A stretch of DNA of 64,000 nucleotides, from the NCBI GenBank assembly GCA_965197905.1, contig CBDAOB010000005.1, positions 2,080,001 through 2,144,000 on the forward strand. Reading direction: 5' to 3'. The number at the start of each line of letters is the position of its first letter. Within the stretch, counting starts at the first letter, position 1. A program made the translations under genes and the position numbers. Below, in pieces: positions 39,499-47,718 of this stretch. Origin of the DNA: Candidatus Latescibacterota bacterium. GTDB taxonomy: Bacteria; Latescibacterota; UBA2968; UBA8231. The notes beneath the pieces are model-generated. The model ran no database searches, was not told the DNA's origin, and was given only the letters and a program-made list of their open reading frames with translations.

Positions 39499-42483
39499 TC
39501 AGATCGCCCGTCCGAACTCGGTGAAACCGATCAGAGCCCGCACGAAGAACCCCCAGGCGTCGATGTTGCGCAGGCGCTGGAAACGATCCTCGAAGTCGCG
39601 CTTGTTCTTGGTGACGCCGACGATGGTAATCAGCTCGTAGCCGAAATATCCCGAGCGATTGGTGAGGGTGATGAAGGCGGTCCGCTGCTCGAAGTCGTCC
39701 CGGGAGCTGGCCCGGTCCGCCCGCCGGTACGGCAGCGGCCCCAGGCCCTGAAAGCCGGCTCGTAAAGCAGTGCGCGAGAGCAGGGGATACTCAAGGCGCA
39801 GAATCGGTATCGAGCGGATCTCTTCGCGCAGGGTCTGGCCGGCCTCCTGGTCGGCGACTCGGAACAGCATGAGCTTGTACTGCGGGACCACCCTCAGCTT
39901 GCCCCAGTGATAGGTGTAGTCCGCGCGACTGACCCAGGTGAAAAGGTCGAGTCGGCGCTCGCGCTGGAAAATCCCCGGCCACAGCTTGCCGCCCCGTTGC
40001 CAGTTGAAGCGCAGGCGCATCTTCTGCACCACGTTGAGAGTGGAGCCGGGATGGAGGTGGGTTTCCAGGTAGGTCTCGTTGACCAAGCTGTCGCGGTATT
40101 CCAGCAGGTCGTCTTTAATGCTGCTGAAGAAGATGGGCGGTTTGTTGGTCAGGTAAAACTCCGGTTGATTTCCCCCCCACAGGCCGCGACCAGCTGAATT
40201 GAAATGCAGATGCCGCACCGGCGTCTCATCCAGCACGACAAACTCGTCGGGGATATCGTCCTGGACGCGACGGAGGTTGTTCTCGAAGAAGATCCGGCGC
40301 AGGCGCTGGAGCCCCGTTCGCTCGTAGGTCAGCAGGGCGTAGGTGGACTCGTTTCGACCCGTTCCGGCGATCTGCTCGGTGGCGTAGCGTCCCGCGGCTA
40401 GGGACCATCGGGGTGTCAGGTCCCACTGGCCGAAGAGGTGGAAGCCGCGCTGGTCGTGGTCGTAGGGGTAGTCCTCCTCGGCATCATCTTCGCGACGGTC
40501 CGGCTCGTTGTTGTTGTTGCGGTCGAGGCCGTAGACATACCGGTTGGGCTCCACGTCGTACATCAAAAACGGCTCCTCGTAGTCGGGATTGCCATCACCG
40601 TCCCGGTTGGTCTCGGGAAAACCGTCGTTGTCCAGGTCCTGGCCCAGCGCCACACCGTCGGTGTCGCCGTCCAGGTTGTCGGGATTGGCGGTGGGCAGGT
40701 TGCCCATGCGCCGGTCCGGATAGCCGTCGCCGTCGTCGTTGTCCTGCACCAGCTCCCAGTAGACCGTGTCGTTGATCATCAGCTGCAGGTGGGTCTGGCC
40801 CAGGCTTACTTCCCACGGTACGTAAGTGCGCATGTCCGTGGTGAAGTCCGGGTTGATGGCAAAGTACTCGCCGCCAATGCGGCCGCGGCCGAACCAGCGC
40901 GTGGCATTGACGAAGTAGGCGCCACCGCGGTGGGCGAAGCGCGGGCTCTCGTCGAAGATGGGCGTGCCTTCCATCTGGGCCGGATAGCGGCCGTAGCGCG
41001 CCGAGCGCGCGTACTCGGCGTTGATCTCAAGGCCCGCCATGGCGAACGTGGCGTCGGCGCCGTACGTGAAGAGCGCCGTATCCTCGCCGATGTCGAGGTG
41101 CAGCCGCTTGAGGTTGCTCAGGTCTTGCACGTTGCCCCTGGCGCGCCGCAGGGTCCGGTAGAAGCTGCTCTGAAACTGCTGGAAGTAGCTGCCGGTAGGT
41201 TTCTTCCGAAGCAGCTGGGCGACGTCGACCCGGTAATCGCCGCCCACCACGGCCTCCACCGCCACCGACTCCACGCGAGGCTCCTGCGACAGGTCGAACA
41301 GGACGACCACCTGCTTGTCTCCGTCGGCGCGGACGGTCTCTCCGGACCCAACCAGGGAGATATGGGTCAGTAGCCCCTCCACGTTGGTGTCCCGGGTGAT
41401 ATCGATGCCGGCCTCGTGGTCGATGCGATAGAGGTAGTCGGCGTAGAACGGGACTTCGGAGCGCCCCCTGTAGAAACGAGTGGTCTTGCCGAAGCTGGCG
41501 GTGACCGTCGACAAGGGCTTTGGCGCCGGTTCGTTGTAGACGATGGGGGTGAATTGGCCGGTGCGCTGGGAGACGCTCCCCACCTGCGTGTTGAACCCGG
41601 CGCCGTGCTGCAATACGTGGGGCGGCAGGTCCGGCCGCAGTTCGCCGTTGAGGACGAGCTGCACCTCCTGCAGCACGGCGCCCGCCATGCCGTCGGCGGG
41701 GGAGTCGTCGGTAAAACGCACGATAATCCACTCGGTGAGGGGCAGGTTGGACCGCAGCCTGCCCTTGAGGCTGTTGCCCGGCTGGGTGCTGTTGTAGACG
41801 TGCAGGTTGGTCCAGTTGAGGCCCAGCTGCAGCCCGCCGAGTTCCGCCAGCGCGCGGCCGCCCAGAAGCAGAGTGGAGTCCACGGCAAAATGTTCGTGCT
41901 CGGAGGCCCAGGGCCCGTCTGTTTCCGTAAATATCTTGGGCCGCTCGATGCGGGATCCCAGGGCCGTGAGGCGCAGATGAGGGAGGGCCAGATCCAGCCG
42001 CGCGCCGTTGAGGTCCACCTTTGAAAGGGTCAAGGGGCTGAAGTGGGCGCGCAGCCCGTCGCCCACTATGAAGCTGTAAGCCCATGTGCCGTAGCCGTCG
42101 CGGCCCACGACCGTGCTGTCGAAAGCGGGGATCCACGGCCCCCGAGCCTGCAGACTTTGTCCGGAGTGCTTGAAGATGCTACTGCCCCATGTCTGCCCGG
42201 GCAGGCGCGTCTCGCTCCACTCGTAGAGCGCGTAGCCGGTCATCAGATAGTCCCCCAGCGCGTTGTAGTGGGCCCAGGGGGTGTCTTCGTAAGGGAAGAC
42301 GAGGTTGGGATAGTTGGTGTAGGTCCGGATGGCGTAGTTGGTGTACGCCGGTCGCTCCCAGCGAAGGACGGGTCGGGCGGATGCTATCTGAGACGGGCCC
42401 AACTGGCGCACGGCGTCCCGGCTCTGGACTGCGCTCGGCCCTGCGACCAGGAGCAGGAGGAGGCAGCTGATCAGCGATATCAT
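39499..42483 (-). CDS. large exported, putative outer-membrane protein, paralog 2
   Basis: Clear signal peptide; colinear with 28633-31563 including the DxDxDG region and FFVRALIGF. Confidence 0.68.
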   Translation of the reverse strand: MISLISCLLLLLVAGPSAVQSRDAVRQLGPSQIASARPVLRWERPAYTNYAIRTYTNYPNLVFPYEDTPWAHYNALGDYLMTGYALYEWSETRLPGQTWGSSIFKHSGQSLQARGPWIPAFDSTVVGRDGYGTWAYSFIVGDGLRAHFSPLTLSKVDLNGARLDLALPHLRLTALGSRIERPKIFTETDGPWASEHEHFAVDSTLLLGGRALAELGGLQLGLNWTNLHVYNSTQPGNSLKGRLRSNLPLTEWIIVRFTDDSPADGMAGAVLQEVQLVLNGELRPDLPPHVLQHGAGFNTQVGSVSQRTGQFTPIVYNEPAPKPLSTVTASFGKTTRFYRGRSEVPFYADYLYRIDHEAGIDITRDTNVEGLLTHISLVGSGETVRADGDKQVVVLFDLSQEPRVESVAVEAVVGGDYRVDVAQLLRKKPTGSYFQQFQSSFYRTLRRARGNVQDLSNLKRLHLDIGEDTALFTYGADATFAMAGLEINAEYARSARYGRYPAQMEGTPIFDESPRFAHRGGAYFVNATRWFGRGRIGGEYFAINPDFTTDMRTYVPWEVSLGQTHLQLMINDTVYWELVQDNDDGDGYPDRRMGNLPTANPDNLDGDTDGVALGQDLDNDGFPETNRDGDGNPDYEEPFLMYDVEPNRYVYGLDRNNNNEPDRREDDAEEDYPYDHDQRGFHLFGQWDLTPRWSLAAGRYATEQIAGTGRNESTYALLTYERTGLQRLRRIFFENNLRRVQDDIPDEFVVLDETPVRHLHFNSAGRGLWGGNQPEFYLTNKPPIFFSSIKDDLLEYRDSLVNETYLETHLHPGSTLNVVQKMRLRFNWQRGGKLWPGIFQRERRLDLFTWVSRADYTYHWGKLRVVPQYKLMLFRVADQEAGQTLREEIRSIPILRLEYPLLSRTALRAGFQGLGPLPYRRADRASSRDDFEQRTAFITLTNRSGYFGYELITIVGVTKNKRDFEDRFQRLRNIDAWGFFVRALIGFTEFGRAI

Positions 42484-42503
42484 CCGCGACGCTTGCTCGG
42501 GGT

Positions 42504-42551
42504 AAAAACAGATTCAGGGGCAGATCCGGACATCCACCCCTGAGTCCTGTT
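42504..42551 (-). terminator. intrinsic terminator/attenuator-like hairpin
   Basis: Imperfect stem AACAGGACTCAGGGGTGGAT / ATCTGCCCCCTGAATCTGTT running into a T tract. Confidence 0.6.
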
Positions 42552-42554
42552 CAT

Positions 42555-42647
42555 GGCAAAAAACGAGCTATCCTCGACGGCTGCACTGCGGAAAGGAGGT
42601 GAATCCGAAAGCGCAGGACAGGCCCGCCGAAGTAGCCCTTTTTGGCC
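42555..42647 (-). ncRNA. putative structured RNA: long hairpin with anti-Shine-Dalgarno loop
   Basis: About 90-nt interrupted stem with several G-U pairs on the minus strand; apical loop UUCACCUCCUU. Confidence 0.45.
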
Positions 42648-42653
42648 TCGATC

Positions 42654-44588
42654 CTACTTGAGCAAGGTTACCGAACGGGTGGCCGAGAACTCTCCAGCTT
42701 GCATCCGGTAGAAGTAGACCCCGCTCGACACCTGCTGGCCGCTGGCATCGACGGCGTCCCAGGTGCTCTTGTAGGCGCCGGCGCTCAACTCGTCGTTCAC
42801 CAGGCTGTTGACCAGCTGACCGGCGGTATTGTAGATCTCGATCTGGACGTAGCCGTCGGCCGGTACGGTGAACTCGACGGTGGTCTCCGGGTTGAAGGGG
42901 TTGGGATAGGCCGAACCCAGGCTGTAGCTATCCGGCGTGCCGGCGCTCTCAACCTCTGCAACCGCGGTCACGCCCGCGCCCAGGCGGCCGCTTTTCATAT
43001 CGTACGGTATGTGCAGCATCAAACCCGGCAGCCACCGCCCCTCCTCCTGGCCCACGAAGTTGCGCGACGCCAGGCCGACCTTGGAGCCCTGATACCAGCC
43101 ATCCCACGGGCCGGGGCCGACGGGGCTGCCGCAGAGCGGCTGGCCGCCGCTGGAAGAGCAGTTGTTCTGCACCAGGTTTATATGATCGACCTGGGTGGGA
43201 ATGGTCGGCACCTTGTGCGGATCGAAGAAGATGTTGAAGAGCCCCGAGCCGTCGCGCCCCAGGGCCGTCCAGCCGTAGCCCAGCTCGTTGTGCCGTGGGC
43301 TGGCGTAGACAACCTTTCCGCTGCGATCCGCCTGGATCTGAATCGGAAAACCGGCCGCCGGCGGCAACCCCGTCTCGGCGGACTGCTCGTGGGTGACGCG
43401 GTCGATGAATCCGTCCCCGTTGCCGTTGGCCCAGATGATGCGGCCGTCGTGGTTCACCTTGAAGGCGCCGAAGTTTTGGTGGCTCTGGTTGGAGGCGTAG
43501 ACACCGCTGGCATCGACGGAGAGGTGGTTCGGACCGCCGGCCCTGATTATCTCATTGCCGTCGTCGTCCACCTGCACATACTGGACCCATTCCTGGATAT
43601 TCAGCTGTTTGGCGATCTCGCCCGTGCCCTTATCCCAGTAGTCTAAGGTGCTCTGCGGAACGTCGGCCCGGCTCCACATCGCTGCGATAATGAACTCGGA
43701 GTTGTGAATCTCGAAGTCCCACAGTCGCGCCTCGACGTTGGTGGCTGTGGCGTACCCATTGTCTGCCCAGTCGGTGACCGCATCCCAGCTCTTGGCGGCC
43801 CGGTTGATCCGCATCTTGTAGACGCCAACGCCCTCGCCTTCATTGCCGGAGGCGGAGAAGTAGATCTCCTGATCGTCGGGATCTGGTTTGATGGGGGAAA
43901 AGGTGCGCGTGCCCTCGCGTTCCACCACCTGGTTGTGGGTCCAGTCCTCCCAGCCATTGGGGTCGGCGATCAAGTCGGTGCCCAGGACGGTGCGATACAG
44001 GTCACCCCACCGCATCGACCGTTCCGGGCGGTCGCGGCCGTATTCCTCGCCCCAGACTTCCCCGGTGCGCATGTCGATCACGTCACCGGCACGTCCCCCG
44101 CGCCCTTGCGCGGCCACGAGGACAGCCGGGTCGATATGGTTCAGGGCGATCAGGTCGAACTCGTAGTTGCCCGAGCCCACCGCATTCCCCTCCCAGTCTC
44201 TGCCATTCCAGGTGATCGTACTGTTGCCGGCCTCGAATCTCCCCGAGGCCGTGGCAACGTAGAGGTCCTGCGGTACCCCCCGGAACCAGGCGCCGAACGG
44301 ACCGCGATCGCCGGTTGTGTTGTTGCCGATCTCGTAGACCGCCAGCCACACCTCGGCCCGCTGGTTCATGGTGAACGGAATGCTGACGCTACCGTTGCCG
44401 TCCCAGCGCACGTCCTGGACGTTCAGGCGCAGGGGGGTCACCGACCCGGATCTTTCCGGGAAGCTAAAGGTCTCTCTGTCAAACTCGAACTCGGCGGGAT
44501 AACCGGTGAGAGCGTCTTCCGACCAGACCACGCCAGTGGCCAGTAGCATCAGGGCCGCTCCCAGAAGTGAAGAACGCAATAGCCGCAT
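42654..44588 (-). CDS. secreted protein with N- and C-terminal FlgD-Ig-like domains (T9SS-type sorting tag)
   Basis: AGGAGG RBS before ATG 44588; signal peptide; C-terminal YPNPFNPETT...SSGVYFYRM; N-terminal ITWNGRDWEGNAVGSGNY. Confidence 0.8.
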   Translation of the reverse strand: MRLLRSSLLGAALMLLATGVVWSEDALTGYPAEFEFDRETFSFPERSGSVTPLRLNVQDVRWDGNGSVSIPFTMNQRAEVWLAVYEIGNNTTGDRGPFGAWFRGVPQDLYVATASGRFEAGNSTITWNGRDWEGNAVGSGNYEFDLIALNHIDPAVLVAAQGRGGRAGDVIDMRTGEVWGEEYGRDRPERSMRWGDLYRTVLGTDLIADPNGWEDWTHNQVVEREGTRTFSPIKPDPDDQEIYFSASGNEGEGVGVYKMRINRAAKSWDAVTDWADNGYATATNVEARLWDFEIHNSEFIIAAMWSRADVPQSTLDYWDKGTGEIAKQLNIQEWVQYVQVDDDGNEIIRAGGPNHLSVDASGVYASNQSHQNFGAFKVNHDGRIIWANGNGDGFIDRVTHEQSAETGLPPAAGFPIQIQADRSGKVVYASPRHNELGYGWTALGRDGSGLFNIFFDPHKVPTIPTQVDHINLVQNNCSSSGGQPLCGSPVGPGPWDGWYQGSKVGLASRNFVGQEEGRWLPGLMLHIPYDMKSGRLGAGVTAVAEVESAGTPDSYSLGSAYPNPFNPETTVEFTVPADGYVQIEIYNTAGQLVNSLVNDELSAGAYKSTWDAVDASGQQVSSGVYFYRMQAGEFSATRSVTLLK

Positions 44589-44831
44589 CTGTTCTATCCT
44601 CCTACTATGGCGTGAGCGTGCCAGCCAGCTGCCCACGTGAAGTGATTGAGTAACCGTAACATCCTGGCGGCTGGACCAGGAAAAAGAAAATTTTGAAATG
44701 ATTATGGCTTATACTGACCATCTAGCTCGGACAACATTCATATAAACGATGCGATCACGAACTTGCTCAGTTGGCACGGATCAGAGCAAACACGGGTTTT
44801 TTTATTCTCTGAACTCCAGAATTTGCCCGTC

Positions 44832-44882
44832 AATATAATCAGAAACATCTGAGTGTCAAAATTTTCCCATTTTTGTTGACAA
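44832..44882 (-). promoter_or_regulatory. candidate main promoter and GntR operator of the locus
   Basis: TTGACA-N16-TATATT (44859-44832); near-palindrome TTGTTGACAA at 44873-44882; AT-rich context. Confidence 0.55.
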
Positions 44883-44931
44883 TAGTCGTCGAACCTTCGA
44901 CATCTCTTCAGAAAAGATCATAGATTACTCT

Positions 44932-45056
44932 GCTTATCAGGCGGGGCAACCATTCTTCTACGGGATGGGGCTTGCCTACGTGCTGGGGGTGTTCCTGTCT
45001 ACGGTGGTGGACATGATCTGGTTTCCCACCACCGGCCCCGTGTCCACGGATGGTAA
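44932..45056 (+). pseudogene. 3' remnant of the DUF6785/6784 gene
   Basis: Reads AYQAGQPFFYGMGLAYVLGVFLSTVVDMIWFPT, then a 1-bp deletion, then VHGW-stop. Confidence 0.85.
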
Positions 45057-45093
45057 CACGCAGCCGGGTGCTATGAGTGTCTGCCGCCAAGAA

Positions 45094-45123
45094 TTGTCGA
45101 CAAAAATTTCAGATTTTTGGCAA
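45094..45123. promoter_or_regulatory. candidate GntR operator pair
   Basis: TTGTCGACAA at 45094-45103 and TTTTTGGCAA at 45114-45123. Confidence 0.55.
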
Positions 45124-45159
45124 TAACATTCGTAGCCTACGATCAGGGAGGAAAATTGG

Positions 45160-46491
45160 ATGAAAGATGCGCTGACCAATCCCGAGGAGTTGGCTTCGAG
45201 CGAACGCGTACGCACCTACCTGCGCGGCAGCCGTGAAGCCGTGCTGGCTGAACTGCAGGCATCGGAACGGGAAATAGAACGCGGCCTGGACCTGCACCGC
45301 AACACCATCGTATGCGATCTGTGTGGCGGTGGCCGCGGCCACGGTTACACGCCCGAGATGGACGATCTCGTGCGCCGGCGCCTGAACGAAACCGCGGACG
45401 ATGATCTGACCGACGCACCGCCTGTTGTCTATGCCACGCACTCGGTTCCGGCGAAGTTCTATCGCGCGAGTCAGATCATGGCAGAAGCAGATGCGCTGCG
45501 GCCGCTGGCGATGGCCCGCAATGCCGATCTGCGGGCCGACAACTACGCCCTGCTGCAGGCTGCGGGCAAAACCCTCTTTACCACCGGCTCCGGCGGCGTC
45601 GAAGGACTTGCCAGCTTCAACTATTTCTTCGACGAGGTCGATTTCGTGCACCGCGTCGTGCGCATGGATCAGGTAGAAAAACTAAAAGCCAGGGGAGAGT
45701 GGGGCATCCTCTACCATCTGCACAGCGCCGGCCCCCTGCGGCCCGAGTCGAAAAGTGCTCTCGACGACTTGGAGGAGTATTACCGCCTCGGTGTGCGCTG
45801 GTCCATGCTCTTCGACAATGAGCTCGGCGGCAGACAGTGGCACCCCGAGCGCGGCCTCTCCGACCAGGGACGCGAGGCTATGCGGCGCATGAACGAGCTG
45901 GGGATCATCGTGGACCCAAGTCACTGCCCGCAGCAAACCACGCTCGAGATGGTCGAAACCTCCGAAAAGCCGGTTATCGTCAGCCACGTAGGCTGCAAGG
46001 CGGTGCATCCCGGCTACTGCCGCGATCGCAACATCACCGATGAATCCATGAAGGCTGTCGCGGACAAGGGCGGGCTCGTCGGGATCTGCAGCATCTTTAC
46101 TCTGCTGGGCGAGAACAGCATCGAGATGTTCATGCGCCACGTGGATCACGCCGCCCAGCTGATCGGCACCGACCACATCGGCTTCGCCAGCGATGCCGGT
46201 CCCGGCTTCGCCCTGGAACTACCCGAGACGATCGAGGCCATCACGCCGGACCAGTGGAATACCGCTAACCCGTGGGACCTCACCTTGGAGACCCAATCGC
46301 AGCACGCCCACATGGCCAATTCCAACGAAGCGAACTGGAAGATCTACACGGAGCCCCATGCCCTTTCCGAGTGCTGCTGGCCCTACAACGTGACCGTGGC
46401 GCTGGTGCAGCGCGGTTATTCAGACGACGACATACAAAAGATGATTGGCGGCAACTTCATGAGGGTCGCACCCGGCATACTCGGACACTGA
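45160..46491 (+). CDS. M19-like amidohydrolase, paralog 5
   Basis: 443 aa; about 23 substitutions versus paralog 4 by manual count; GGAGG RBS. Confidence 0.85.
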   Translation: MKDALTNPEELASSERVRTYLRGSREAVLAELQASEREIERGLDLHRNTIVCDLCGGGRGHGYTPEMDDLVRRRLNETADDDLTDAPPVVYATHSVPAKFYRASQIMAEADALRPLAMARNADLRADNYALLQAAGKTLFTTGSGGVEGLASFNYFFDEVDFVHRVVRMDQVEKLKARGEWGILYHLHSAGPLRPESKSALDDLEEYYRLGVRWSMLFDNELGGRQWHPERGLSDQGREAMRRMNELGIIVDPSHCPQQTTLEMVETSEKPVIVSHVGCKAVHPGYCRDRNITDESMKAVADKGGLVGICSIFTLLGENSIEMFMRHVDHAAQLIGTDHIGFASDAGPGFALELPETIEAITPDQWNTANPWDLTLETQSQHAHMANSNEANWKIYTEPHALSECCWPYNVTVALVQRGYSDDDIQKMIGGNFMRVAPGILGH

Positions 46492-46555
46492 AGGATATAA
46501 TGTCCTGTTCAATTAGTGTGTTCACAGAGGCCTGAATCTTCAATCGGAGAAATCG

Positions 46556-47314
46556 ATGTCTGACACAAAGAAAGAGGGCGGCGAACGGGTGCTGGAGCGC
46601 CATCACGTCAGGGAGGGGCTGGAGGAGATGGTCCTCAGCGGTCGGTACCCGCCTGGCGCCAAACTTGTGCAGGACGAACTGGCCGGCAATTTCGGGGTAG
46701 CCCGTGGTGTAGTGCGAGAAGCCCTGCTGGAGCTGCAGGCATCGGGGCTGGTCCACACAGTGGATAACCGTGGGGTCTTCGTCAGTGACCTGACGGGAGA
46801 AACCTTCATCGAAGTCTACGCCATGAGCGAAGTGCTCGAAGGGCTGGCGGCGCGCCAGTGCTGCGATCACTGTACCCGAGCACAAATCCGCGAGTTGAAG
46901 CAGCAAGTCCAGGAGATCTATACCCTCGGCGCACAACGCCGCTTTGAGGAGATGGCAGATCTGGACCGTGCTTTCCATCGGCGCGTACTGGAGCTCTCCG
47001 GCAACAAGATGCTGGTTCAGACTACCCGGCGGTTTCAGGTATTGCGCAAAACGTTGCGACCTGTGAGGAATCTCCAACGGGTGCGCGAAGAGCATCAGTC
47101 CATTCTGAAAGCTATCGAGCGGAACGACCCTCTTGAAGCGGAGCGCCTGATGCGTCGGCACCTGGCGGGCAGTAGAGAATTCATCGAGGATCAGATTGCG
47201 ACTGGAGCTTTTGTGCCCACGTGGCTGAAATCGCCCGAAGATAGGGACGGGCACATGACGTATCTCTTCGAGGACAAAGACTCGACAGAAACTCAAGCTG
47301 ATTTGGCTCCATAA
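46556..47314 (+). CDS. GntR family transcriptional regulator (FCD domain)
   Basis: PGAKLVQDELAGNFGVARGVVREALLEL wHTH; D..FH, SGN and EH..IL.AI. Confidence 0.92.
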   Translation: MSDTKKEGGERVLERHHVREGLEEMVLSGRYPPGAKLVQDELAGNFGVARGVVREALLELQASGLVHTVDNRGVFVSDLTGETFIEVYAMSEVLEGLAARQCCDHCTRAQIRELKQQVQEIYTLGAQRRFEEMADLDRAFHRRVLELSGNKMLVQTTRRFQVLRKTLRPVRNLQRVREEHQSILKAIERNDPLEAERLMRRHLAGSREFIEDQIATGAFVPTWLKSPEDRDGHMTYLFEDKDSTETQADLAP

Positions 47315-47718
47315 CTTCAATCCAACGGACGCGCAATCGCATGTGCCTTCCTATGTGGATTCGACCCGGACGGAACTGATGTGGTGACGTGGATGTCGCG
47401 TATGAAGAAATCCAGGACACCGGCGGAGGAATCCGTAATACCGGAGATACGGCTTTCCGACTCCGATCAGATTGGACCAGATCGGCAACTCGAACGATCT
47501 GACAGCGTGAACTGCTGCTATCAGGTGGGCGGTTGCGTCGCCGACCCATCGTCCTTCTCCGCGCGCCAGTAGAATCGGAGCCAGATGGCGGACAGAAGAA
47601 GCAACGCCGATCAGGTTCGACGGTGCCGACCGAGTGCCGCCAGAATCGCTTGCTTCCCTCCGGTTTGAGCGCAGGAGACGACTCTCCCAAGAGCATTCAG
47701 AACACATATATTTAGGCC

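Larger units (their letters stand above)
44932..46496 (+). repeat. inverted duplication, arm B
   Basis: Partner of 31587-33167. Confidence 0.9.

Noticed and set aside
42591..42606. Possible 16S rRNA fragment, or RBS of a type I toxin
   Set aside because: Only about 16 nt match with no other rRNA sequence, and no properly spaced start codon or hydrophobic small ORF follows.
31592..46491. Twin dipeptidases as a DGR template/variable pair
   Set aside because: No reverse transcriptase in the window; the differences do not look adenine-specific and span whole genes.
47315..47718. 400-bp gap with short ORFs, possible ncRNA or island right border
   Set aside because: No convincing motif, stable structure or att repeat was found by eye.
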